A DNA stretch of 19,256 bases, from the NCBI GenBank assembly GCA_048881705.1, contig JBHLSH010000075.1:1-19256 (forward strand), read 5' to 3'. The position numbers were made by a program, and so were the translations under genes. Positions within the stretch are counted from its first letter, which is position 1; the number at the start of each line of letters is the position of its first letter. This document shows, in pieces, positions 1 to 8,876 of the stretch. The notes below the pieces were generated by a model. It made no database searches. It was not told the origin of the DNA and saw only the letters and a list, made by a program, of their open reading frames with translations. The stretch comes from Candidatus Heimdallarchaeota archaeon (lineage in GTDB: Archaea > Asgardarchaeota > Heimdallarchaeia > Hodarchaeales > Hodarchaeaceae).

Positions 1-884
1 CAACAAGTACAGAAAAGACCTATGATCTAATCATAGCTATCGGGTTTTCATCTTTTGCAGGGGTAAATGAATCTGCTCTAAAGCACCCAAACCAAAAATA
101 TATGCTCCTCGATGCCGCCTTGAATCTCTCAAATGTGGCCTCTACTTCCTTCCTAGAACATGAAGGCTCGTTCTTGGTAGGAGCAATGGCTGCTATGACT
201 ACAAAAACCAATAAAACCGCTTTTCTAGGCGGAGAAATTGTACCTCTAATCAAAAAATTCCAGGCTGGCTATGAACAAGGCGTTCATTACATCAATCCTG
301 ACATCGAAATACTAGTCCAATATGCTCCAGATCAGGCAAATCCTTGGGAAGATGTAACAGGTGGTAAAACTGTTGGAAACAACTTCATCGATCAAGGAGC
401 TGATGTTCTCTATGCCGCTGCTGGTAAGACCGGTCTTGGGATGTTTGATGCGGTCGTAGACGCAAATGATGCTGGAGGGGACAAAATTTATGCAATTGGC
501 GTAGATGCGGATCAGGACGGGCTTCATCCAGGCGATATTCTGTGTTCCATGGTTAAGCGAGTAGATATTGCTGTCGAGCGTAATATCAAAAGAATCGTAG
601 ATGGGCAAGATCCAGCTGATTTTCTTGAACAGGGACTGGATACTGGATTGATTGACATATCTAATATGACCTACACCACATCAGAGAAGGACACTGTTTG
701 GAACAGCACCTCGGGCCAAACTCGTTATGAGAAGGTTCAAGAGCTTAAACAAGAGATAATTGACGGAGATATAGTGGTTGCTTCCACAATTGCGGCCACT
801 CCTGGATTTGAATATGGTGGAATGGTCTTTGGACTATTTGTGATTGTGAGTATTCCCTTGATCAGAAGAAAACGTAAACTCTAA
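1..884 (+). CDS. BMP family (PnrA/NupN-like) nucleoside ABC transporter substrate-binding protein, 5'-truncated, with C-terminal PGF-type sorting signal
   Basis: The frame is open from position 3 (TSTEKTYDLIIAIGFSSFAGVNESALKHPNQKYMLLD), so the ORF-track start at 102 is internal. BMP motifs: EHEGSFLVGAMAA, FLGGEIVPLIKKFQAGYEQG, GADVLYAAAGKTGLG, AIGVDADQ, SMVKRVD. Ends TPGF + hydrophobic helix + RRKRKL. Confidence 0.9.
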   Translation, partial: TSTEKTYDLIIAIGFSSFAGVNESALKHPNQKYMLLDAALNLSNVASTSFLEHEGSFLVGAMAAMTTKTNKTAFLGGEIVPLIKKFQAGYEQGVHYINPDIEILVQYAPDQANPWEDVTGGKTVGNNFIDQGADVLYAAAGKTGLGMFDAVVDANDAGGDKIYAIGVDADQDGLHPGDILCSMVKRVDIAVERNIKRIVDGQDPADFLEQGLDTGLIDISNMTYTTSEKDTVWNSTSGQTRYEKVQELKQEIIDGDIVVASTIAATPGFEYGGMVFGLFVIVSIPLIRRKRKL

Positions 885-907
885 GCGTCATAAATCCCTT
901 CAATCCA

Positions 908-923
908 TTTTTCTTTTTTTTTT
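908..923 (+). terminator. U-rich tract (T5-C-T10) after the binding-protein gene; probable partial archaeal terminator inside the operon
   Basis: TTTTTCTTTTTTTTTT lies 24 nt after the stop at 884. Oligo-U tracts are established archaeal termination signals. Confidence 0.5.
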
Positions 924-946
924 ATTCAATTATTCTAATCCTAAAC

Positions 947-2707
947 GTGAAAAAAATGGCCTCAGTTTCATCAGTATCGAGCAAAACATATCCAATATTG
1001 AGACTGCATGGTATAACGAAAGAATTTCCTGGCGTAATTGCTAACGATAATATTTCCTTGGACATAAATAATGGGGAGATATTAGCAGTCTTGGGTGAGA
1101 ATGGAGCAGGTAAATCGACTTTAATGAAAATACTTTCCGGTTTATACCAACCAGATTCTGGGACCATCGAACTAGATCTTAAATGGTTCCAAGGAAATGG
1201 AACCAGCTCAAATGCAACGAGTGAATTAACTCCTTACAGAATATCAAATCCTCGCGTTGCCATCGATTTAGGTATCGGAATGGTTCACCAGCAGTTTCTT
1301 CTTGTCGAAACGATGAACGTTGCCGAGAATATTGTGCTGGGAAAAGAAATTACAAGAGGAAAAAGCCCAATTTTGGATCAAAAACGGGCCAAAACAGAAA
1401 TAAAGCTGTTAGGTGATCGTTATGGCCTTCCCATTGATCCCTTAGCTATTGTTGAAGAATTACCCGTTGGACTGCGTCAACGAGTAGAAATTCTCAAGCA
1501 GCTATATCGAGATGCCCAACTTTTTATCTTTGATGAACCTACTGCGGTTCTAACTCCATCTGAAGTCGAAGAGCTTTTTAAAACTTTGAGGGAATTAAAA
1601 AGCGTAGGTAAAACTGTTATTTTTATTAGTCATAAATTGCGCGAACCTTTAGCAATCGCTGATCGTATTATAGTTATGAGAGGGGGACGATTGATAGGCG
1701 AAACTACACCTGCAGAGTCTTCAGTAGAATCACTAGCTGAAATGCTGGTTGGACGTCGTGTTTTATTACGAATGGAACGTAGAGATATTGCTCCAGGTGC
1801 TCCAGTTCTTGAGGTCAAAAATTTAAATATAAGATTATTGGAATCCCCAAAAGAGATGGGAGATGAAGTAAATTCGTATTTTGTTAATAATGTATCTTTT
1901 ACTGTTCGGGAACATGAAATCGTAGGTTTGGCAGGCGTACAAGGTAATGGACAGACAGAATTGATTGAAGGACTGATGGGTCTGCGAAAAGATGTTTTCG
2001 GAAGCGTTAAATACTTCCCCTCCAGAGACAAGACGAAAATTGAGGAATTAGTAGGAAAATCAACCTTAAAAATTTTAGAACACGGGATTGCTTATATTCC
2101 AGAAGATCGTACGTTGCAAGGACTGATTCAAGAGTTTCCTGTCTTTGGAAATACTTGGTTGGGGTATCAAACTCAATCAAAACTAGCTAGGTCGTATCTA
2201 GATGTAAAACGAGACGATAACAAATCTTCCGAGAAAGATGAAAAGAAACAGGGCAATGGATCCATAATTGGAAGATTTGTACTTCCGTTTTCATTAATGA
2301 AACAATTCGCAACAAAAGTTGTTAAACGAAATGAAATTGCTACTCCAAATATCGGCATTTTAATGAAAAACCTCTCAGGAGGAAATCAACAAAAAGTTAT
2401 TCTTGGCAGAGAATTTGCCAAGAGCCCTCGTTTGATTATTGCAAGTCAACCTACACGGGGAGTCGATATCGGAGTAACCGAAACTGTTAGGAATAGCTTA
2501 TTGGAAATGAGGGATCAAGGATCGGGGATATTTCTTGTTTCAAGTGATTTAGATGAAATCCTCGCACTTTCTGATTATCTGTTGATTATGTACGAAGGAA
2601 AAATCGTCGGTAGAGGCCGGACGGACAAGTTTCCTACCTTGCGCATATCAACGTTAATGGCAACTGGAAAGGATATCGATATTGTAGATCAGGAGCAAGT
2701 TGAATGA
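947..2707 (+). CDS. Nucleoside/sugar (CUT2, NupO/YufO-like) ABC transporter ATP-binding protein with two ABC domains
   Basis: Walker A GENGAGKS, Walker B FIFDEPT, second-domain signature LSGGNQQK and ASQPTRGVD. GTG start; ATG at 956 is an alternative. Confidence 0.93.
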   Translation: MKKMASVSSVSSKTYPILRLHGITKEFPGVIANDNISLDINNGEILAVLGENGAGKSTLMKILSGLYQPDSGTIELDLKWFQGNGTSSNATSELTPYRISNPRVAIDLGIGMVHQQFLLVETMNVAENIVLGKEITRGKSPILDQKRAKTEIKLLGDRYGLPIDPLAIVEELPVGLRQRVEILKQLYRDAQLFIFDEPTAVLTPSEVEELFKTLRELKSVGKTVIFISHKLREPLAIADRIIVMRGGRLIGETTPAESSVESLAEMLVGRRVLLRMERRDIAPGAPVLEVKNLNIRLLESPKEMGDEVNSYFVNNVSFTVREHEIVGLAGVQGNGQTELIEGLMGLRKDVFGSVKYFPSRDKTKIEELVGKSTLKILEHGIAYIPEDRTLQGLIQEFPVFGNTWLGYQTQSKLARSYLDVKRDDNKSSEKDEKKQGNGSIIGRFVLPFSLMKQFATKVVKRNEIATPNIGILMKNLSGGNQQKVILGREFAKSPRLIIASQPTRGVDIGVTETVRNSLLEMRDQGSGIFLVSSDLDEILALSDYLLIMYEGKIVGRGRTDKFPTLRISTLMATGKDIDIVDQEQVE

Positions 2708-2745
2708 AAATAAGAACCCACCGCGATTTTTAAGGAGTTGATGAT

Positions 2746-5334
2746 TTGACTTTCAGTCTACGAACTAGTCTATTAAAAGCACAAGATCGAACGGAAGGAT
2801 TCTTCGTAACCTTGATTTCCTTCGGTTTAGCTCTTATAACGATGGTAATCATCCTTTTTCTATTGAGCCTCGCAAATATTAGATATAGCATCAGTGAAAT
2901 CATTAACAATGCATTTATTGGTATTATAATCGATGAAAGTGGGAGTATCAATTTTGCCAATATATTTGATGCTCTCCGTTGGAGTTTACCACTGGTCTTA
3001 ACCGGTCTTTCAGTCGCAATTGCGTTTCGTGCGGGAGAGTTTAATATTGGGGGTCAAGGACAAATGATCGTAGGAGGGGTATGGTCAGGGATCTGGGCAG
3101 CGGCTCTGGTACCCAACGTGGAATTTCTAAAATTCCTTGACACACCGATTTTGATGATTCCATCGACTCTTCTCGTCGGTATTATAGCTGGGGCAATTTG
3201 GGGAGGTATCCCGGGCTTATTAAAAGCATATACGGGAGCTCATGAAGTTATTACTACAATATTGATGAATTATGTTGCGATTGAATTTACTTGGTTTTTG
3301 ATAGGAAGCGACACAGCACCCTTTGTCGATAGAACTGTTGGCGGAGACGCATATGGTCAGACTGGCCCAATCTCCTCTTCAGCAGTTATTTTTCCAATCG
3401 ATTCTTCGATTAATACTTTCTTAAGTTGGACTATTCTCTTCGTCGTACTAACAGTCATTGTGATGTTTTTTGTTCTTTGGAGGACTAATCTAGGGTTTAA
3501 AATCCGTGCCGTTGGTTTTAGTAGTACGGCGGCAATGGCTGCTGGAATAGATAGCAAAAAATTGACATTTATCGCAATGGCGATTGCAGGTGGTTTGGCA
3601 GGTTTGGCTGGCGCAATTGGAGTCATTGGAATTCCTCCTTATAGATATGTTTTCAGATCAGAGGGTACCGCAGGTTTTGATGGAATTGCTGTTTCATTGA
3701 TTGGCCAAAATAATCCGTTTCCAATCCTGTTAGCTGCAATCTTCTTTGGATTCTTGACTCAGGGTAAGATAAACCTAGATATAAAAACTGATATGCCATC
3801 AGAACTAATAGATTCGTTACTGGCTGTTGTTATATTGTTTGTAGCGGCTCCCGTAATCGCTAGTGCGATATATAAGAGAATCACAAAAGTCTCTGAAGTT
3901 AGGAATGTTAGAGGTATTTTTAGAAGAGAAAATATTGAAAAATTCTCTGTCGATGTAATAACTCATTCAACTGATCTGATTCGACGTTATTGGTTCTTAA
4001 TAGTTTTTGGGATTCTTTTATTAATTGTTTATCTGTTTAGAATTGATATTGGGGCGACTCTTTCGTTATCCATTGTCTTTGGTCAATTTATGGTTGGTTT
4101 AATGCCAATGACCGCGTTATTCGTGCTTCTAATGCCGATTACGTACCTGGGTAGAAAGGTCTTAAATTCCAGAGAAAAGCTCCGATCTGGTGAACCTCAG
4201 AGAAGACTTATCTTTATTGTTGGTATTATCCTAGTTCTCTTTGAACTATCTACCATTATTATATTTGTATTTGCTTTGGTTACAGGGGTTTCACCGAACA
4301 TAATCGATTTTCATTTCGATGTACTTAGAACGTTAGTTTCTACACTGACATTTAAAAATATGTTAAGATTAGGATTTCCGATCATGTTTGCAGCAATGGC
4401 CGCCACCTTTAATGAACGATCAGGGGTAATTAACATCGGTCTTGAGGGAATTATGCTGTTTTCAGCATGGGGTGCTGCATTTTTTACTTTTGCATCAGGT
4501 GGAGATCCATATGCAGGAATACTTGGAGGGATAATCTTTGGTATAACACTGGGTCTTGTGCATGCTATTTTTACAATAACCTTGAAGGCAGAGCAGATCG
4601 TCACCGGTGTGGCGATTAATCTATTTGCTTTAGGAATAACTGACTTGCTTACATTTGTGATTTGGAATCAAAGAGGAGGTTCTCCAGGATTACCCAAATT
4701 TCCAAGCTTTCTCCTTTCTGACGTTCCAATATTAGGCGATTTCTTAGGTTCTCTGCAATTAAAAAACTTCTACGGAGCTATTGTCGTTGGCGATCTCGAT
4801 CTTCTTAGACTGATCCCCGACCCTCTTGCAATAATAAATAATCAATCAGTATTTTTGTTGACAGGATTGTTATTGATACCCGTTTGTCACTTTCTTCTCT
4901 TCCACACAACCTTCGGTTTACGACTGCGTGTTATTGGTGAAGAACCTCAATCTGCTGCAACAGCTGGAATTCCCGTGAGAAAGTACCAATACATTGCTGT
5001 CATTTTCTCAGCGTTCTTGGTCTCAATTGGAGGTATATTTTTACCAATAGGGGATCAGAGTTATTTTTCATCAAATATGTCTGGAGGAAAAGGGTTTATC
5101 GGACTAGCTGCTATGATTTTTGGAAAATGGACAGTTATTGGAAGTGTCCTCTCCAGTCTGTTCTTTGGATATTTCTTCAGTTTGGCTGTTCCCATAAAAT
5201 TACTCGTTCCCACGGTACCACAAGACTTTTTTGATGTATTGCCTTTTATAATTGCCATATTAACGTTGGCTGGAGCTATTGGATTGGCAAGGCCTCCAAA
5301 ATCAATCGGAAAACCCTACGATCCACAAGAATAG
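2746..5334 (+). CDS. Fused ABC permease carrying both nucleoside-transporter permease subunits (NupP/YufP-like + NupQ/YufQ-like) in one 862-aa chain
   Basis: N-half has FRAGEFNIGGQGQ, GAHEVITTILMNY, GFDGIAVSLIG. C-half has ERSGVINIGLEG, GLRLRVIGE, GKGFIGLAAMIFGKW. TTG start is 8 nt after AAGGAG (2732-2737). Confidence 0.9.
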   Translation: MTFSLRTSLLKAQDRTEGFFVTLISFGLALITMVIILFLLSLANIRYSISEIINNAFIGIIIDESGSINFANIFDALRWSLPLVLTGLSVAIAFRAGEFNIGGQGQMIVGGVWSGIWAAALVPNVEFLKFLDTPILMIPSTLLVGIIAGAIWGGIPGLLKAYTGAHEVITTILMNYVAIEFTWFLIGSDTAPFVDRTVGGDAYGQTGPISSSAVIFPIDSSINTFLSWTILFVVLTVIVMFFVLWRTNLGFKIRAVGFSSTAAMAAGIDSKKLTFIAMAIAGGLAGLAGAIGVIGIPPYRYVFRSEGTAGFDGIAVSLIGQNNPFPILLAAIFFGFLTQGKINLDIKTDMPSELIDSLLAVVILFVAAPVIASAIYKRITKVSEVRNVRGIFRRENIEKFSVDVITHSTDLIRRYWFLIVFGILLLIVYLFRIDIGATLSLSIVFGQFMVGLMPMTALFVLLMPITYLGRKVLNSREKLRSGEPQRRLIFIVGIILVLFELSTIIIFVFALVTGVSPNIIDFHFDVLRTLVSTLTFKNMLRLGFPIMFAAMAATFNERSGVINIGLEGIMLFSAWGAAFFTFASGGDPYAGILGGIIFGITLGLVHAIFTITLKAEQIVTGVAINLFALGITDLLTFVIWNQRGGSPGLPKFPSFLLSDVPILGDFLGSLQLKNFYGAIVVGDLDLLRLIPDPLAIINNQSVFLLTGLLLIPVCHFLLFHTTFGLRLRVIGEEPQSAATAGIPVRKYQYIAVIFSAFLVSIGGIFLPIGDQSYFSSNMSGGKGFIGLAAMIFGKWTVIGSVLSSLFFGYFFSLAVPIKLLVPTVPQDFFDVLPFIIAILTLAGAIGLARPPKSIGKPYDPQE

Positions 5335-5363
5335 TAAAAATAGAGTTTAGGACTCCCTCTTAA

Positions 5364-5398
5364 CCAGTATTTTTCATAATACTGGGATCTCTTTTTTT
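5364..5398. terminator. Hairpin plus T-tract between convergent genes
   Basis: CCAGTATT (5364-5371) and AATACTGG (5378-5385) form a perfect 8-bp inverted repeat, followed by T7 at 5392-5398. Confidence 0.6.
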
Positions 5399-5404
5399 CA
5401 ATAC

Positions 5405-6349
5405 TTAGAAGCGAACTGGATTATATCGTGCCCCAAATCCTTTACAGATCTCGCTTCCTAGTTTAACTCCTAGTTCAACGGATTTTGGGATATCTCTTTC
5501 CAAGGTAGTATATCCAGCGATAAATCCAGCAGAAAACCCATCCCCTGCTCCAGTGGTATCTATAACATTTACTTTAGGAGCTGCAATGTGACCTTTCATA
5601 TCTTTTGTAATATAATAACAACCGTTTTCTCCATCAGTAATTAAGACCGTATGCAAATGGGGGGACTGCCTTATTAATCGTAAGCCTACCTTGCTCCATT
5701 CTTTCCATTTGGAATGCTGAACAAGCAAAAGAAATTCATTCCGATTTCCGATTAAAATGTCCGTAAATGGCAGAATTCCGTTGATAATTTCATCCCTACA
5801 TTTTTCTATCGTTGTAAAGGAAGCTAGATTAAATATTACTTCAGGAGACTTTTTTTCTTGGTGTTTAATATATTGAAATAATCTCTTCATGGTGCTTTTG
5901 ATTGGGTTTCTTTCCAACGTATACGCTGAGGTATAAATTATGCCGCTCTGGAATATTTGCGTTAGGGGAAGATCTTTCCAAAGCAAGTCGTTTTGTGATT
6001 CACCATTCTGAACGAAGGACCTTTCTCCGTTAGGCTCGATTATGACCAAAATTGAAGCAGTGGGGTAATCTTGAGACTTTTTTAGAAAGCAATTAACACC
6101 TACCTGTTCTAAATCATTGCGAAGAAACTCTCCCATGGGATCTTTTGCAATTACCCCAAAAAAGGACACTGGTCTTCCTTTAGCTGCAAGCCAATATGCC
6201 ACATTGGCAGCATCTCCACCCCCATGCATAACCAAATCTTGAGACTGTATACACCCCCCGATTTTTGCGGAAATTTCTTCCAAGGTGGCCCGACTGATGA
6301 AAATATCAACAGATATATGGCCTAAACAAAATATCCTGTTATTTAACAT
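5405..6349 (-). CDS. PfkB/ribokinase-family carbohydrate or nucleoside kinase
   Basis: GGDAANVA near the N-terminus, NRNE, ITDGENG, and the PfkB signature DTTGAGDGF. Confidence 0.88.
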   Translation of the reverse strand: MLNNRIFCLGHISVDIFISRATLEEISAKIGGCIQSQDLVMHGGGDAANVAYWLAAKGRPVSFFGVIAKDPMGEFLRNDLEQVGVNCFLKKSQDYPTASILVIIEPNGERSFVQNGESQNDLLWKDLPLTQIFQSGIIYTSAYTLERNPIKSTMKRLFQYIKHQEKKSPEVIFNLASFTTIEKCRDEIINGILPFTDILIGNRNEFLLLVQHSKWKEWSKVGLRLIRQSPHLHTVLITDGENGCYYITKDMKGHIAAPKVNVIDTTGAGDGFSAGFIAGYTTLERDIPKSVELGVKLGSEICKGFGARYNPVRF

Positions 6350-6442
6350 TATGAGTCACTGCCTAGAACTTGTCAACGACATTTTATGAAAAAAATATAA
6401 CTTGAGTCTGTCGATCATTCCAATTCGATTAGAGACATTCAA

Positions 6443-7204
6443 TCATTTTTGATTAGAGGGATTATCCGTCCAAAGCAATTCAATGGCAGCAATAGCACAT
6501 TCGATAGACTTCTGAACCCCTTCGAGAAACTTTTCGTCAACCTCACTACTTATTCCCTCCTCTTTTTGTGTACCTTCAGCTAGATTTCCATCAACAACAA
6601 GAATTGATCCTATTTTCACGCTTTTAGTAATTCCAAAAACGAACAGTAGCGCGGACTCCATTTCAACGCTATTTGCTCCACATTTTGCCCAAATTTTGTA
6701 TTGATCTTTGACTGTTGAGTAATAAATGTCGGTTGTCCATACAATTCCAGAATGAAAATCTATCTTTAACTTCCTTGCAGAACGGGATAACTTCTCGTAG
6801 ATTTCAGGGGTTGCTACCGCTGGAAAAGCCAGAGGTGCAAAATTCAATGAAGTTCCTTCGTCTCGGATTGCTGCATAAGGAATCACTACATCTCCAACCT
6901 TCATGTCCGGTTTTAGAGCTCCACATGATCCTACCCGTATAAAAACTCGGCCTCCTGCTCGATATGCCTCTTCAAGTATTATGGCTGTACTTGGTGAACC
7001 CATTCCTGTCGTAAGTACAGAGACCGAGACGTTAAAATTAGGTGTATTGCCACTATAGGATACTAAGCCTCTGTTACTAGCCACTTCTTGGGATTCTTTC
7101 AGATTCGAAGCTATTATTGGCACACGATCTGGATTCCCACTTATAAGACAAAATTCACTCACCTCGGTTAACCTGAGGTGTGGTTGGATCTTGTTTTCCT
7201 TCAT
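6443..7204 (-). CDS. Nucleoside phosphorylase (PNP/UDP family 1, uridine phosphorylase-like)
   Basis: GNPDRV, GMGSPS, IRVGSCG, RDEGTS and VEMESA motifs. AGGAG SD upstream on the minus strand. Confidence 0.9.
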   Translation of the reverse strand: MKENKIQPHLRLTEVSEFCLISGNPDRVPIIASNLKESQEVASNRGLVSYSGNTPNFNVSVSVLTTGMGSPSTAIILEEAYRAGGRVFIRVGSCGALKPDMKVGDVVIPYAAIRDEGTSLNFAPLAFPAVATPEIYEKLSRSARKLKIDFHSGIVWTTDIYYSTVKDQYKIWAKCGANSVEMESALLFVFGITKSVKIGSILVVDGNLAEGTQKEEGISSEVDEKFLEGVQKSIECAIAAIELLWTDNPSNQK

Positions 7205-7419
7205 TGTTACATCTACTCCTAAGTGAGTGCTTGCGTCATTTGTTCCGATTAAACTATCGATTATTGAAATGGTTCGTGTAAAACATCCATATTGTTCATT
7301 ATAACCTGAAAAACAAAACTGTAAATATCGGTTGTCAATTTATTCATTGTCTGCCTTGAAATTAATGCGGCAAGTATTTGATTATCAGATCTTCGTATCC
7401 TAAAGCGGTGTATCTTCAA

Positions 7420-8082
7420 ATGATTCATTATAAGCCAATCATCTGGGTTGAGGGAATAATTGGCTCAGGAAAGAGTACTTTTAGTAAAATGCTCGCCAAT
7501 GAACTAAATCTAAGATTAATTTCTGAGCCCGTAGATGATGAGTATCTTTCCCTTTTTTATGAGGAACCTGAGAGATGGGCATTCCCTATGCAGATTGACC
7601 TGCTTCATAAACGTTATTCCTTACAGAAACTAGCTGTTTATGAGGCAAGTCTTGCGGCTGTTGGTGAAAGTCCTTTCCAAGGTGTGGTACTGGATAGAGG
7701 CCTGCCTGGAGACCGAGTTTTTGCGAAGCTGCATATGTTAGAAGGGAATATTTCCAAAGTTGAATGGAAAACATATTTACGCGCGTACGAGACAATGACA
7801 TGCTCTTTAATTCCACCAAGTTTGATGATTTTTCTAGATGTTGAGTCTACTACTGCTTTTAAACGAGTTTCTGATCGTGACAGATCCTATGAACGTGCTG
7901 GTGTACCTTTGGAATATCTGGACAAATTACAACGTGGGTATTTTGACCTATTGAGTGAAATTGAGTCTGGGCAACATTCATGGAGCCGTGGGATGGAAAT
8001 TAAGCGAATTCCTTGGAATATCGACAATCAACCGATTAAGGGTATTGCAGATGATTTACGGAAGCAATATAGCTTGAAATAG
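7420..8082 (+). CDS. Deoxynucleoside kinase (dAK/dGK family)
   Basis: P-loop EGIIGSGKS, FY-EPERWAF, LDRG and lid region RVSDRDRSYE. ATG 7420 follows a GGTG SD and is preferred over the ORF-track TTG at 7378. Confidence 0.9.
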   Translation: MIHYKPIIWVEGIIGSGKSTFSKMLANELNLRLISEPVDDEYLSLFYEEPERWAFPMQIDLLHKRYSLQKLAVYEASLAAVGESPFQGVVLDRGLPGDRVFAKLHMLEGNISKVEWKTYLRAYETMTCSLIPPSLMIFLDVESTTAFKRVSDRDRSYERAGVPLEYLDKLQRGYFDLLSEIESGQHSWSRGMEIKRIPWNIDNQPIKGIADDLRKQYSLK

Positions 8083-8130
8083 AAAAAAAAGCAGTTCTTA
8101 AGGAAATTACCGTATTCAAGGAGAGCAGGA

Positions 8131-8727
8131 TTGCCAGTTATTTATAGGCCTGGGTATTTGGAAGCAATTTTTGGACCAATGAAGAGCGGAAAAAGCGAAC
8201 AACTTATCAGATTCTTTAGGGAATTAACTTACTCGGAAATTAGAGGAGTGGCTTTTAAACCAAAAGTGGATATTCGTGATAAAAAGATAGCTTCCCGTGC
8301 CTTCGACCTTGACTTAGATGCCATAATAATCAACGAGTCACATCCAGAACTAATTTTCCAACATCTTGAGGGTTCAGATTACAAAATCATTGGGATTGAT
8401 GAGGCCCAGTTCTTCAACAATCGATTGGTCGAGGTGGTTGACGACCTCCTCAGAGAGAAGTATCATGTTATAGTAAGTGGATTGATGCTTAGCTTCAGAG
8501 GCGAGCCATTTGGTCCTATGCCTTGGATCGTTGGCAGAGCAAACAAGATCACACGCTTGACAGCAATCTGTGATTATCCAGGATGTAATCAAAGAGCGAC
8601 ACGAACACAAAGATTGATAAATGGCAAACCAGCTCAATATAATACCCCATTGATACTCATTGAAGGAACAGTTTCGGGTGAAACACATGAAGCACGTTGT
8701 GTACTCCATCATATCGTCCCGAAATGA
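8131..8727 (+). CDS. tdk: Thymidine kinase (TK1/type II family)
   Basis: GPMKSGKS, IDEAQFF, F-GEPFG and Zn ligands CDYPGC...CVLH. TTG start with AAGGAG upstream. Confidence 0.93.
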   Translation: MPVIYRPGYLEAIFGPMKSGKSEQLIRFFRELTYSEIRGVAFKPKVDIRDKKIASRAFDLDLDAIIINESHPELIFQHLEGSDYKIIGIDEAQFFNNRLVEVVDDLLREKYHVIVSGLMLSFRGEPFGPMPWIVGRANKITRLTAICDYPGCNQRATRTQRLINGKPAQYNTPLILIEGTVSGETHEARCVLHHIVPK

Positions 8728-8876
8728 TTTTATTCCGATTTTGCACGGTTCTTCTATAATTTGTGCTAATTCTCTGATACTTGTCTAACCTCTTGAAAAA
8801 CACCCGATTATGTACTTGAATTTGCTTTGGGAGTTACTTGTGTAATACAATGAGACAGATATCGGTTTAAATCAAA

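Noticed and set aside
8560-8715. Thymidine kinase zinc site of Cys-Cys-Cys-His type with a CDYPGC spacing
   Set aside because: His as the fourth ligand is known in bacterial Tdk proteins, so this is only a minor variant.
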